From: an uncultured Planctomycetota bacterium
GTDB taxonomy: Bacteria; Planctomycetota; Planctomycetia; Isosphaerales; Isosphaeraceae
Direction of reading: 5' to 3'
Length of the DNA: 64,000 bases
Assembly (NCBI GenBank): GCA_963737655.1
Contig: CAVTTN010000002.1
Span: 928,001 to 992,000, forward strand
How positions within the stretch are numbered: the stretch's first letter is position 1; the number at the start of each line of letters is the position of its first letter. A program made the translations under genes and the position numbers. Shown here one piece after another: positions 1 to 10,629 of the stretch. Below the pieces are notes generated by a model. The model searched no databases, was not told the origin of the DNA, and worked only from the letters and a program-made list of their open reading frames with translations.

Positions 1-123
1 CAGAAGGTGCCCCTGGACACCGACCCGCCCATCCCGCTGTGGAACACGCCGCCCGTCCTGGGCCTGTTCCTCCTGACGGCGGGCCTGGAATGGGTTTTCC
101 GGAAACGCAAGCAGATGGTATAG
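1..123 (+). CDS. 3' end of an upstream membrane-anchored protein (probably vWA/BatA-cluster type), truncated by the window edge
   Basis: Frame 1 reads QKVPLDTDPPIPLWNTPPVLGLFLLTAGLEWVFRKRKQMV-stop, a C-terminal TM helix ending EW..R(K/R), typical of planctomycete vWA-cluster proteins. Confidence 0.7.
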   Translation, partial: QKVPLDTDPPIPLWNTPPVLGLFLLTAGLEWVFRKRKQMV

Positions 124-195
124 TTCGGATTGGTCATCCCCCGACCGACACGCCCGGCAAGACCTCTCCCTCGCCGGGCGGGAGGGCCCTGGACG

Positions 196-3100
196 ATGCG
201 AAGCCCCTTGCACTCGCGGATCGCGGCCTTGAGAGGCCGAGCCCGTCGTCTCCTGGCCCTCCACGGGCTCAGCCTCGTCGTCGCGGCGGTGGCCGTGGGC
301 GTCGCCGCCGCCGGCCTGGCGGATTGGTCCGTCCACCTGGCCAGGGAGGTCCGATTGGTCCTCCTGCTGGCCCTGGTGGGGATGGCCGCCTACCTGGTCG
401 TCCGCCACGTCGTCGCCCCGCTGATCGTCCGGTTCCGCGACCTGGACATCGCCATGAAGATCGAACGGCGATGGCCCGGCCTGAATGACCGGCTGGCCAG
501 CACCGTGCAGTTCCTCGACCTCAGCGCCGCGGGCGAAGGGGACCGCTCCGACGTCCTCGGCTCCAGGGCGTTGCGCGAGGCGACCATCCGGCAGACGATG
601 GCCGAGACCGACACGATCGACTTCCGCTCGGTGATCGACCCCCGGCCCGCCCGCAAGGCGATGCTCCTGGCCACCGGGGTGATCGCCGCCGGGGCCGCCC
701 TGTTCGCGGCCGACCCCCGGCTCGGCTCGCTCGCGATGAGGCGGCTGTTCCTGCCGTACTCCTCGCCGAACTGGCCGAAGATGACGCACCTGGAGATCGT
801 CCAGGCCCCGACCAAGGTCGCCCGGGGCGAGCCGTTCGCCATCGAGGTCGGCGTGGCCCCCGGCGAGCGCGCCCCGGCGTCGGCGAAGATCACCTATTAC
901 TACGTCGACAACGAGGTCTCGACCGAATCCCTCCGGCCCGACGACCACAACCGCTTCCACGGGCGGAAGGAAGCGGCCGAGAAGTCGTTCAAGTTCACCG
1001 TGGCCGCCGGAGACGACGCCACGGCCGAGAGGAAGGTCGAGGTCGTCCCCCCGCCGGCCGTCACCGAGATCGACCTCCGCCTGACGTTCCCCGAATACAC
1101 CGGCCTGCCCCCACAACGGCTGATGCCCGGCAAGACGCAGATCCAGGCCGTCCGGGGCACGAAGGTCGAGGTCCGAGGGCGCGCGAACAAGCCGCTGGCC
1201 TCCGCGGCGTTCCGTCGGAGCGAGAAGCAGGCCCCGCTGATGGCGTCGCTCGACCCGACGAAGGCCGGCTTCGGCCTGGAATTCGTCCTGGAAGACAGCG
1301 GCCCGCTGAACATCGACCTTCTCGACACCGAGGGGTTCCACTCCCAGGAGAAAGACGCCGTCCGCCTGGACGTCCGCTCGATCAAGGACGAGGCCCCGAG
1401 GGTCACGGTCGAGGAGCCGGCCAACGACCGCGACGTCACGCCCAACGCGGACGTGCCGATCAAGGTCGCCGCCGACGACGATTACGGCCTGAGCTCGATG
1501 AGGCTGGTCTATCGCGTCTCGGCCAGCGGCTCCGAGCCCGGACCCGAGACGATCATCCCGCTCTGGGCCCTCGATTCGTCGGCGGCACCCGGCCCGCTCG
1601 GCCCGGCGAAGCGGCGAGAGGCCACCTACCTGTGGAAGCTCGCGGGGCTGAACCTCGCCCCCGGCGCGATGCTCACGTTCCACGCCGAGGCGAAGGACCT
1701 GGACAACCTCCACGGCCCGAACCTGGGCAAGAGCCGCGAGATCCGCCTCCGAATCGTCACGCCCGAGGAGATCGGCCGCCAGCTCGACGACCAGAGACGC
1801 GCCATCAAGGAAGAGATCGACCGCGTCTTCGCCATGCAGAAGCAGGCGATGATCCCGGTCCAGGACGCCGCCCGGACGCTCGACAAGACCGACCGGCTCG
1901 ACGCCCAGGGCCGCGAGGACCTCAAGAACGCCGAGACGATCCAGAAGCAAATCACGCCGAGGATCAGCGGCAAGACCGAGGGCCTCGACCGCAAGATCCG
2001 CCAGTCCCTCCAGGACATGGCGAACCTCAAGATCGACAACCCCGACGCCAAGAAGCAGCTCGACGACCTCCTCAAGGGCGTCGAATCGATCCGAGACAAC
2101 CACCTCGAACCGGCCGAACAGAACCTCACCCGGGCCTCCAAGGACGCCGAAAACGGCGCTCAGCCGGGCCAGGACGCCGCCCCGAAGGCCCAGGAGGCCC
2201 CCAAGCCCGCCCTGGAAAAGTCCACCAGCCCCTCCGGCAGCCAGTCCAAGAGCGGAGAGCAGGCCAAGGCCGGCGAATCGGCCAAGAACGGAGAGCAATC
2301 CAAGAGCGGCGAGCAATCCAAGGCGGGTGATGCGTCGAAGGCCGGCGAACAGGCCAAGTCTGGGGAACAGGCGAAATCGGGCGAGTCGTCCAAGGCCGGG
2401 GAACAGGCGAAATCGGGCGAGTCGTCCAAGACGGGCGAATCGCAGTCGGGTGAGCAATCCAAGGCAGGCGAAGCCTCCAAGGCCGGCGAACAGTCCAAGG
2501 CCGGCGAACAGTCCAGGGCCGGGGAGGCTTCGAAGTCCGGCCAGCCCTCCAAGTCGGGCGAGCAGGCCAAGTCGGGCGAGCAGGCCAAGTCGGGCGAGTC
2601 TTCGAAGGCTTCGCCGATGAAGAACGCCCTGGCCCAGGCTCAAAAAGAGCAGAAGGCGATCGCGGACGAGCTCCAGAAGATGCGCGATAGCCTCAGCGAG
2701 TTCGAGACCTATCGCGGGGTCGTCCAGGACGCCAAGAAGCTCCTGAAGGAGCACGAAGAGGCCATGAAAGCGGCCAACGAGGCCGCCGCCAAGCCCGACC
2801 TCCAGGCCAAGCCCGCCGAGGACATGACCCCGCAGGACAAGGCCGAGCTCGGCAACGTGGCCGCCCGCCAGCAAGACACCGCGAGGAACCTCGCGAACCT
2901 CGAAAACAAGATGGACGAGATGGCCAAGAGGCTCGACCCGTCCGAGCCCCTCGCCGCCGAGGCCCTCCGCCAGGCCGCCCAGGAAAGCCGCCAGCGAGGC
3001 ACCTCCGGCAAGATGAACCAGGCCGCCGACCAGATCGAGAAGAACCAGATGGGCTCGGCCCAGAAGGGCCAGAAGGAGGCCCAGCAAGACCTCAAGAAGC

Positions 3101-4182
3101 TGGTCGATGCCCTCCAGAACCGCCGCGAAAACGAGCTCGCCCGGCTCGTCAAGGAGCTGAAGCAGGCCGAGAAGGACCTCCAGGCCCTCCGCGACCGCCA
3201 GCAGAAGAACCGGGAGGAGACCGGCAAGGCCAAGGGCGAGCAGGACCAGCAAGCCCGCCAGGAGCGTCTCCAGAAGCTCTCCAAGGAGCAGAAGCAGATC
3301 GCCCAGGACCTCAAGAAGCAACTCCTGAAGCTCCAGAAGCTCGGCGCCCAGGCCGCCGCCCAGGCCGGGGCGAAGGCCGCCGGCAAGATGGCCCAGGCCG
3401 GCGACCAGCAGGACCAGGACGACGCCGAGCAGGCCGAGAAGGGCCAGGAAGAGGCCCTCGCCAACCTCGAAGAGGCCCAGGATGAGGCCGAACAGGCCCG
3501 CCGGGACGCCGAGGAACAGCTCGCGATGGAGCAGCTCTCCAAGGTCAAGGACCAGCTTTTGGGCCTGGCCGATCGCGAGGACAAGGTCATCGAGGAGACG
3601 ACCAACTACGAGAAGGCCCGCGCCAAATCGGGCCTGACGCTCGCCCAGAGGTCCAGCGTCCGCAACCTCGGCCGGGTCCAGGACGCCCTGAAGGACGAGG
3701 CGACCGAGCTCGTCGATCGGCTCGACTCGGCGCCGGCCTTCGCCCTGTCGCTCAAGAGGGCGCAATCGGCGATGGAGGGGGCGGCCGAGAGGCTCGGCAC
3801 CCTGAAGACCGACGAGGAGACGCAGAAGTCCGAGATGACCGCCTCGAAGAAGATCCGCCAGCTCCTCGACGCCCTGAAGCCCGACCCGGCCGCCGGCGCC
3901 GCGGGCGGTCAGGGCCAGCCGCCCCCCGGGGGCGGGCAGCCCGGCGGCGGCAGCCGCGGAGGGGGCGATCGGATCTCCCTGGCCTCGCAGCTCAAGGTCC
4001 TCAAGATCATGCAGGAAGAGATCAACGAGCGGACCGAGGCGATCGACGAGGCCCGGACCCGCAAGAAGGAACTCACGCCGTCGCAGCAGGCCGAGCTCGA
4101 CCGCCTGGCCGACGACCAGAGGACCATCGCCGACATCACTCGCGACCTGACCAAGCCCAAGAAGTCCGACGCGGAGGAATGA
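196..4182 (+). CDS. large membrane-anchored coiled-coil protein (DUF4175-like)
   Basis: N-terminal TM helices, IERRWPGLNDRLASTVQF motif, Ig-like region with DDDYGL motif, long Q/E/K-rich coiled coil; ATG at 196 after GGAGG. Confidence 0.8.
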   Translation: MRSPLHSRIAALRGRARRLLALHGLSLVVAAVAVGVAAAGLADWSVHLAREVRLVLLLALVGMAAYLVVRHVVAPLIVRFRDLDIAMKIERRWPGLNDRLASTVQFLDLSAAGEGDRSDVLGSRALREATIRQTMAETDTIDFRSVIDPRPARKAMLLATGVIAAGAALFAADPRLGSLAMRRLFLPYSSPNWPKMTHLEIVQAPTKVARGEPFAIEVGVAPGERAPASAKITYYYVDNEVSTESLRPDDHNRFHGRKEAAEKSFKFTVAAGDDATAERKVEVVPPPAVTEIDLRLTFPEYTGLPPQRLMPGKTQIQAVRGTKVEVRGRANKPLASAAFRRSEKQAPLMASLDPTKAGFGLEFVLEDSGPLNIDLLDTEGFHSQEKDAVRLDVRSIKDEAPRVTVEEPANDRDVTPNADVPIKVAADDDYGLSSMRLVYRVSASGSEPGPETIIPLWALDSSAAPGPLGPAKRREATYLWKLAGLNLAPGAMLTFHAEAKDLDNLHGPNLGKSREIRLRIVTPEEIGRQLDDQRRAIKEEIDRVFAMQKQAMIPVQDAARTLDKTDRLDAQGREDLKNAETIQKQITPRISGKTEGLDRKIRQSLQDMANLKIDNPDAKKQLDDLLKGVESIRDNHLEPAEQNLTRASKDAENGAQPGQDAAPKAQEAPKPALEKSTSPSGSQSKSGEQAKAGESAKNGEQSKSGEQSKAGDASKAGEQAKSGEQAKSGESSKAGEQAKSGESSKTGESQSGEQSKAGEASKAGEQSKAGEQSRAGEASKSGQPSKSGEQAKSGEQAKSGESSKASPMKNALAQAQKEQKAIADELQKMRDSLSEFETYRGVVQDAKKLLKEHEEAMKAANEAAAKPDLQAKPAEDMTPQDKAELGNVAARQQDTARNLANLENKMDEMAKRLDPSEPLAAEALRQAAQESRQRGTSGKMNQAADQIEKNQMGSAQKGQKEAQQDLKKLVDALQNRRENELARLVKELKQAEKDLQALRDRQQKNREETGKAKGEQDQQARQERLQKLSKEQKQIAQDLKKQLLKLQKLGAQAAAQAGAKAAGKMAQAGDQQDQDDAEQAEKGQEEALANLEEAQDEAEQARRDAEEQLAMEQLSKVKDQLLGLADREDKVIEETTNYEKARAKSGLTLAQRSSVRNLGRVQDALKDEATELVDRLDSAPAFALSLKRAQSAMEGAAERLGTLKTDEETQKSEMTASKKIRQLLDALKPDPAAGAAGGQGQPPPGGGQPGGGSRGGGDRISLASQLKVLKIMQEEINERTEAIDEARTRKKELTPSQQAELDRLADDQRTIADITRDLTKPKKSDAEE
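2245..2610 (+). repeat. in-frame degenerate 18-bp (6-aa) tandem repeat, about 20 units of (S/A)K(S/A)GE(Q/S/A)
   Basis: Protein reads SKSGEQAKAGESAKNGEQSKSGEQSKAGDASKAGEQAKSGEQ... Confidence 0.85.
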
Positions 4183-5138
4183 CGATGGCCCGGACCCGAA
4201 TTCTCGCGGCGAGCTTCGCCGCCAGCCTCTGCCTGGCCGCCGCCGGCCTCGCCCAGGACCCCAAGCCCTCGCCCAAGGACGACGACCTCGACCGCCTCCT
4301 CCAGAAGATCGAGGGGGCCAAGCCCGACGTCCCGAACGAGGAGAAGCCCCAGCCCAAGCCGAAGGACGAGGCCAAGCCCGACGCCAAGGCGAAGGAGGCG
4401 GACAAGGACAAGGACAAGCCCAAGGCCAAGGCCAAGCCCGCCGAGCCCGAGGACAAGGCGCTCGACAGCCTCCTCGAGAAGCTCGGCGAGACCAAGGAAG
4501 CCCCGACCACCGAGGGCAAGGCCCAGCCTGGCGACGCCCCCATGCCGCCGCCCTCGGACCAGGAGAAGAAGCTGGAAGACGCCGCCGGCCAGAAGCTCAA
4601 CGACAAGGAGAAGGTGACCGACGAGCACCTCCGCGAGCTCACCGGCCGCGCCCCCAAGAAGAAGGAGCAGGAAGGCAAGGGCCAGGACGAGAACAGCCCG
4701 CTCGCCCAGGCCGTCAAGAAGATGCGCGAGGTCGAGGAACGGCTCGGCCAGCCCGACACCGGCGAGGAGACCCGCAAGAAGCAATCCGAGATCGTCAAGG
4801 ACCTCGACACCCTGATCGCCCAGGCGAAGAAGGCCGGCCAGGCCAAGGGCAAGATGCGTCCGGGCCAGAGGATGAAGGGCCAGGGCCAGCAGCCGGGCGA
4901 TCAGCAAGGCGAACAGCCCGGGGCCAACGCCCAGGGCGTCGGCGCGAGCAAGCCGCAGAAGCCCAATAACACCCCGGCGCTGGTCGGCGACAAGGACACC
5001 TGGGGCAACCTGCCCCCCTCGCTCCGCGAGGAGATGGAGAACGTCTTCCGCGCCGAGGCGTTGCCCAAGCGCGAGAAGCAAATCGGCAAGTATTACGAGT
5101 CGGTGAGCAAGAAGAGCCTTTCCTCGCGGGGGGATTGA
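4179..5138 (+). CDS. secreted K/E/P-rich hypothetical protein of the same operon
   Basis: ATGA overlap with the upstream gene, signal peptide, C-terminal WGNLPPSLRE..Y(Y)E motif. Confidence 0.8.
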   Translation: MTMARTRILAASFAASLCLAAAGLAQDPKPSPKDDDLDRLLQKIEGAKPDVPNEEKPQPKPKDEAKPDAKAKEADKDKDKPKAKAKPAEPEDKALDSLLEKLGETKEAPTTEGKAQPGDAPMPPPSDQEKKLEDAAGQKLNDKEKVTDEHLRELTGRAPKKKEQEGKGQDENSPLAQAVKKMREVEERLGQPDTGEETRKKQSEIVKDLDTLIAQAKKAGQAKGKMRPGQRMKGQGQQPGDQQGEQPGANAQGVGASKPQKPNNTPALVGDKDTWGNLPPSLREEMENVFRAEALPKREKQIGKYYESVSKKSLSSRGD

Positions 5139-5141
5139 ACC

Positions 5142-6278
5142 ATGACGGCGAAATCGATCCGTCTCGCCCGGGCCGCCGCCGTGGCGGCCCTCGTCCTCGC
5201 GTCCTCCGCCTCGGCCCAGACGCCGCCGCCGCCGGCCCCCGCGCCGGCCCAGCCCAAGACCCCCGCCAAGGCAACCAAGCCGACCCGGGAACGCACCGGG
5301 TTCGCCGAGGCCAGGACCGGCGAGATCCCCATCGGCGCCGCCGAGCTCGTCACGCCCGAGGCGCAACGCGCCATCGAGTCGGGCCTCGACTGGCTCTCCA
5401 AGCAGCAGAACGCCGACGGCTCCTACGGCAGCGGGGCCTATCGCGGCAACGTGGCCGTGACCAGCCTCGCCGGCCTGGCGATGATGGCCTCCGGCTCCAG
5501 CCCGGGGCGGGGCCCGTACGGCACGCAGATCGACCGCGCCTTGCAGTTCGTGATGGACAACACCGCCCCCTCGGGCTTCATCAGCGTCCAGAACGCCGCG
5601 ACCCACGGGCCGATGTACTCCCACGGCTTCGGCGCCCTGTTCCTGGCCGAATCCTACGGGATGACCCGCCGGCCCGAGATTCGCGAGAAGCTGGAAAAGG
5701 CCATCCGGCTGATCATCGACACCCAGAACGGCGAAGGAGGGTGGCGGTATCAGCCGGTGAAGTCCGACGCCGACCTCTCGGTCACGATCTGCCAGATCAA
5801 CGCCCTGAGGGCCGCCCGCAACGCCGGGATCTTCGTGCCCAAGGAGACCGTCGCGGCGTGCATCCGCTACGTGCAGCAGTCGCAGAACCCCGACGGCGGG
5901 TTCCGCTACATGCTCTCCGGGGGCGCCAGCGCCTTCCCCCGATCGGCGGCCGGGGTGGTGGCGTTGTACTCGGCGGCCGTCTACGATTCCAAGGAAGTCG
6001 ATTCCGGCATCGCCTACCTGAAGCAGTACATGCCCGAGATCAAGTTCGGGCAGCGGTACAGCCATTATTTCTATGGTCACTACTACGCGGCGCAGGCGAT
6101 GTGGATCCGGGGCGGGGAGGACTGGAACCAGTGGTACCCGGCGATCCGAGACGAGCTGGTGAGCAAGAGGACCGCGCAAGGCTCGTGGTCCGACAGCGTC
6201 GGCAGCGAGTACGGGACGGCCATGGCCCTGATCATCCTCCAGATGCCCAACAATTACCTGCCCATCTTCCAGCGATGA
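5142..6278 (+). CDS. prenyltransferase/squalene oxidase repeat (alpha-alpha barrel) protein
   Basis: Repeated QNADGSY, QNGEGGWRY, QNPDGGFRY (QW-like) motifs; signal peptide. Confidence 0.88.
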   Translation: MTAKSIRLARAAAVAALVLASSASAQTPPPPAPAPAQPKTPAKATKPTRERTGFAEARTGEIPIGAAELVTPEAQRAIESGLDWLSKQQNADGSYGSGAYRGNVAVTSLAGLAMMASGSSPGRGPYGTQIDRALQFVMDNTAPSGFISVQNAATHGPMYSHGFGALFLAESYGMTRRPEIREKLEKAIRLIIDTQNGEGGWRYQPVKSDADLSVTICQINALRAARNAGIFVPKETVAACIRYVQQSQNPDGGFRYMLSGGASAFPRSAAGVVALYSAAVYDSKEVDSGIAYLKQYMPEIKFGQRYSHYFYGHYYAAQAMWIRGGEDWNQWYPAIRDELVSKRTAQGSWSDSVGSEYGTAMALIILQMPNNYLPIFQR

Positions 6279-6331
6279 CCCCGACCGGGCCGAACCCGGC
6301 CGGGGCCGCGCATCCGGGAGAGCGCGTCGCG

Positions 6332-7598
6332 ATGACGAAACTTCGATCCCCCCGCCGCCTCGGGTTCGCGGCGGGGCTCGCCCCGTTTCTCGCCCTGGGC
6401 CTCGCCTCGGCGGCCCCCGACGACCAACCGAAGGCCCCGGCCGCGCCCGTGCCCTCGGACCCCGTGTTCACCGCCCTGAAGCTGGACGGCACCGCCGTCT
6501 CCGGCCGGGTCCGCCAGCTCGGGCCCGACGGCCAGGTCACCCTCGTGGCCGACTCGGGCGAGATCCGCCTGCCCCTGGACTCGCTCGTCAAGCTGACCCG
6601 GGACGGCGAGCCGCCGGCCAGCCCGCCCGAGGGGCTCGCTGGTCCTCTTCCCCGGGGGCGACCGCCTTCGGGCCGGGATCGTCACCTCGGACGAGAAGGC
6701 CCTGGAAGTCCAGCCCAAGATCCTCGACGATGCCGCCGTCCACGTCCCCCTGGACAACCTCCTCGGCCTGATCCTCGCGCCCCCCGCCGAGGCCGACGCC
6801 CAGGAGGCCCTGATCGATCGCGTGGCGGCCGAGCCGAGGAAGAGCGAGGTCCTCTGGCTGGCCAACGGCGACCGCCTGACCGGCGGGTTCCTCGGCCTCT
6901 CCGCCCAGAAAGTGGCCTTCGAACGCGAGGCCGGGCCGCCCGAGGTCGATCGCTCGGGCGTCGTGGCCCTGGGGTTCGACCCCGCCCTGGCCTCCTACCC
7001 GAAGCCCGAGGGCACGTACCTGGAACTCACGTTCCTCGACGGCTCTCGCCTGGGCGTCTCCTCCTGCCGGGTCGAGCAGGGGCAGATCGTCGCCGCCACG
7101 CGGTTCGGCGCGACGATCAGTCCCCCCCTGGTCGCCCTGGCCCGAGTCCTGGTCCGCTCGGCGTCGGTCGCGTACCTTTCCGAGAGGAAGGAGGCGGTGG
7201 CCGAGTTCGTCGGCTACCTCGGCCCTCACCGGGGCAAGTACGCGAAGGATCGATCGATCGACGGCCGGACCCTCCGCCTCGGAGGCCAGCCGTATGACCT
7301 CGGCCTGGGCACCACCTCCCGGACCCTCCTGGCCTACCGGCTCGACCCGAAGGACCGCCGGTTCCAGGCCCTCGTGGGGCTGGACGATCGCGCCGGCCCT
7401 CTGGGGAACGTGGTGTTCCGCGTCCTGGTCGATGGCAAGGAGCGGTTCGCCTCGCCGCCGATGTCCTCCCGAGACGCCCCCCGGGCGATCGACGTGGACG
7501 TCTCCGGAGGCCGGTTCGTGATCCTGGCCACCGAGTTCGGCGAGCGCGGGGACGTCCAGGACGGCGCCGACTGGGTCGAGGCCCGGCTCATCCGCTGA
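6332..7598 (+). CDS. NPCBM/NEW2 carbohydrate-binding domain protein; apparent frameshift near 6630
   Basis: N-terminal part in the 5135 ORF frame, remainder in the 6822 ORF frame. C-terminus has GLG..S..LAY.L...RFQALVGLDD..G.V.FRVLVDGK...ADWVEARL. Removing one G from GAGGGG joins the frames. Confidence 0.75.
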
Positions 7599-7741
7599 CG
7601 GTCCGAAAGCGGGCCGAACCCTTCCCTTCGGGGCCGGAGTCGGCGTATCGTATCGTGTCCCCTTCGCTTGACTCGATCTTACAAATGGAATGATCTCCTC
7701 CCGGTGCTCCCCCGCGACACCGGCCGTGTGAGCCCCCACCG

Positions 7742-8458
7742 ATGCCCAACGACGACCCGGCGACCACCTCGCAGAGGCTGACGAACCTGGCGCACCTGTC
7801 GTCGGCCGTGGGGCACCACGTGATCAACGCCTATAGCGCCATCGTGAGCAATGCCGAGATCCTCCAGTTAACCACCCGGGCCGGCATGCCCACCGACCCG
7901 GCCGGCGTGGCCGACCTCATCATCCGGACGGCCGTCGAGGCCTCGGGAGTCGCCCGTCGCCTGATCGACTACACCCGCCCGGTGACCACCACCGGCGAAC
8001 GCACCGTCGCCCTCGACCGCCTGATCGCCGAGGTCATCGAGGCCCGCAAGAGCGACGGCGCCTCCTCGATCAACTGGGCCGCCCAGCCCGGGCCGGTCCC
8101 GACGATCCGGGGCAACGCCGACCAGCTCAAGTCGATGATCGGCCACCTCCTCACGAACGCCGAGGAGGCGATGATCGGCTCGGGAGGCACCGTCACGCTG
8201 AGCACCTCGATGGACGAACGCAAATGGATCGTCCTGGAGATCCGCGACACCGGCCCCGGGATGACGCCCGACGTCCAGGAGAAGGCCGTCGAGCCGTTCT
8301 TCACGACCAAGCCCGCCCACATGGGGGTCGGCCTGAGCATCGCCAACGGGATCTGGAGGCGCCACCGCGGGACCCTGGCCATCCGCACCGGGATCGACCA
8401 GGGGACCCAGGTCCGCCTCTGCGTCGATCCGATCGAGGGCGGCCTCTCGGGCCGGTGA
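7742..8458 (+). CDS. sensor-less histidine kinase (HisKA-like + HATPase_c)
   Basis: N box LLTNAEEA, G1 DTGPGM, F box EPFFTTK, G2 GVGLS; atypical H box GHHVINAYSAI. Confidence 0.85.
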   Translation: MPNDDPATTSQRLTNLAHLSSAVGHHVINAYSAIVSNAEILQLTTRAGMPTDPAGVADLIIRTAVEASGVARRLIDYTRPVTTTGERTVALDRLIAEVIEARKSDGASSINWAAQPGPVPTIRGNADQLKSMIGHLLTNAEEAMIGSGGTVTLSTSMDERKWIVLEIRDTGPGMTPDVQEKAVEPFFTTKPAHMGVGLSIANGIWRRHRGTLAIRTGIDQGTQVRLCVDPIEGGLSGR

Positions 8459-8527
8459 GGGGCGGCCTTCGATCGGAGGGCCGGAGCCGGTGATCTCGCG
8501 GGGCGGGCCCCGGCCCGGGAGGGTCGG

Positions 8528-9239
8528 TCAACCGCCGTCGCGGGGGATGAGCATCTCGCGGGTCCGGAGCGAGATTCCCAGCCCTGCGGCCCGGAACGCC
8601 TTGTGGACGACCTCCAGGGCCGCCTCTCCACGGGCCGCTCCGGGATAGGCTAGCCAGGCGCGGAACCGGCCGTCCTCGGTCGAGACGTGCGATCCCGAGG
8701 CGCGGGTCTTGCGCCAGGGGGGTGAACGCCCCGACCACCCGGTCGAGGACGTCGGGATCGGGCGAGACCTCGGCCCCTCCGGCTTCCGTCGCGGGCCAGG
8801 CCAGGTTCAGGCTGGAGCTCAGGGTGCGGTCCTCGGCGGTCGCCAGCAGGGCCTGCAACGGGTCGGAGATCGCGTAACGGATGACGAATTTCTCGACGTC
8901 CACGAGCCGGGAAGGGTCGGCCACGTCGTCGCGGAAGCCGTGGCGGGCGGTCTCGGCCCTCGGGCCCGCTTCGCCGGCCGTCGGCGGCCGGATCGGGGCG
9001 ACCCGGGGCGCCTCGGCGGCGGCGGGGGCCGGCGCCTCGGCCGACAGCCGCCCGGCCAGGCGGGCCTGGCTGAGGAGCTCGTAGGCCTGGCAGACGACCC
9101 GGAAGACCCACTCGTCGCCGCCGTGGTCCGGGTGGTGCCGCTTGGCCCTCGCCCGGTAGGCGTCGCGGATCTCCTGGAGCGACGCCCCTTCGCCGACGCC
9201 CAGGATCACGCACGGGTCGAGGGAGAATCCGAACTGCAT
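8528..9239 (-). CDS. DnaJ (J-domain) protein; apparent frameshift near 8705
   Basis: ILGV..GASLQEIRDAYR..AK.HHPD.GG motif; plausible C-terminus continues in another frame to TGA at 8528-8530. Confidence 0.75.
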
Positions 9240-9471
9240 GGCGGTCGGCCCCGGGGGACGCGGTCGGGTCGGTCGTCGCGGGGATTCTAGCCGATCGCCG
9301 CCGGCCCACGCAAAGGCCGACCGCCCTCGGTTCGAGAATTGTGAACGCGTCGGACCTTCGCGGAGGGCCCGGGCCGTCCGGCCCCCGAGAGGCCGTCACC
9401 GGAGAGGTGTATCCCACGGTCGGCGATCGCGGGCCCGACGTCGCCCGCGACCCGATCCGGGACCGGCTTCC

Positions 9472-10629
9472 TCAGCCCTTCTCGATGATCTGGAAGTACT
9501 TGTTCAGGTGCTGCTGGAGGTAGGACCCCCACTGGCTCGTCGGCACGTCGATGGCGTTCTTCGCCTCCTGGAGGAGGTCGCCCCGGCCGCCCAGCTCGAT
9601 CTTCTCCAGGGCCTCGAACCCGGCGGCGTACCTCTGGCGGAAGAGGTCGCGATGGTGCCGGTTGGCGAAGAAGCGGGTGGACTTGCCGGCCTTCGGCGAG
9701 ATCAGGCTGACGGTCTGCCCCCGGGTCCAGTTCTTATTTTGGGCGGGGCCCTGGCCGTCCCCGGTCTTCTCCCGGGGCGCGCGATTCTTGTGGAGGCCGC
9801 CCCCCATGAGCTTGTTGACGATCCCCTGGCCCATCTTGACGTACTCGTCGAACTCGAGCATGACCTTGGAGTATCGGCCGAGGATCTCCTCGTCGCCCAT
9901 CAGGGACGGGTCGTCGAACTTCGTGGCCTCCCGGCCGCCCATGACGGTCGGGTGGGTCCGGTTCAGGAACTTCTTCACGATGTCGAAGACGAGGAACGGG
10001 GAATCGACGTCGGCCTGCTGCTCGACGATCCCGCAGTGGTTGCCCGGCATCGAGTCCCAGCGGAAGGTGTCCGGCTTGTCCCCCCGGATCACCGAGCGGT
10101 CCAGGACCGGCTGGAAGGTCTTCCGCCTCTCGCACTCGGCCAGCATGATCATCAGCTCGACGACGTTGTTGGCGGTGTCATTCAGCTCCAGGTCGACGTA
10201 CATGTGGCTGTTCAGCCGGCCCATGCAGCCGGGCACCGGGTCCAGCGCGAAGATCCGGACCGGGGCCTTGACGCCCTCCCGCCAGAATTGGTTGGCCTGC
10301 TTGAAGCAGGAGGCGCCGCCCCGGCTGTAGCCGCAGATGTTGATCAGCTCGACGGTGATGCCCAACCGCTCCCGTTCCTTCACCCATCGGGTGGCCTGCT
10401 GGATCAGGGCATCGGTCCCCATGCCGAAGAAGTTCCCGCCGATCTTGGTCGCCGTCTGGCCCCCGATCGGCTGCGCCTTCGCCTGCGCGCCGCTGCCCAC
10501 GCCGTAGAGGCAGAGGACGTACTCCGGCCCCATCGCCTCCTTCGCCCCCTGGAAGAGCTTCGTGATGTTGTGGTTCTTCTGGCTCGAATCGACGCCGGTG
10601 CCGTGGTTGAAGATCGTCAGGACGGCCAA
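9472..10629 (-). CDS. alpha/beta hydrolase, DUF2235/Tle1-like lipase
   Basis: IFNHGT start, GVG motif, GYSRGG nucleophile, ALDPVPG, E.R..F.P, PGNH; TTG start after GAGGTG. Confidence 0.7.
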   Translation of the reverse strand: MAVLTIFNHGTGVDSSQKNHNITKLFQGAKEAMGPEYVLCLYGVGSGAQAKAQPIGGQTATKIGGNFFGMGTDALIQQATRWVKERERLGITVELINICGYSRGGASCFKQANQFWREGVKAPVRIFALDPVPGCMGRLNSHMYVDLELNDTANNVVELMIMLAECERRKTFQPVLDRSVIRGDKPDTFRWDSMPGNHCGIVEQQADVDSPFLVFDIVKKFLNRTHPTVMGGREATKFDDPSLMGDEEILGRYSKVMLEFDEYVKMGQGIVNKLMGGGLHKNRAPREKTGDGQGPAQNKNWTRGQTVSLISPKAGKSTRFFANRHHRDLFRQRYAAGFEALEKIELGGRGDLLQEAKNAIDVPTSQWGSYLQQHLNKYFQIIEKG

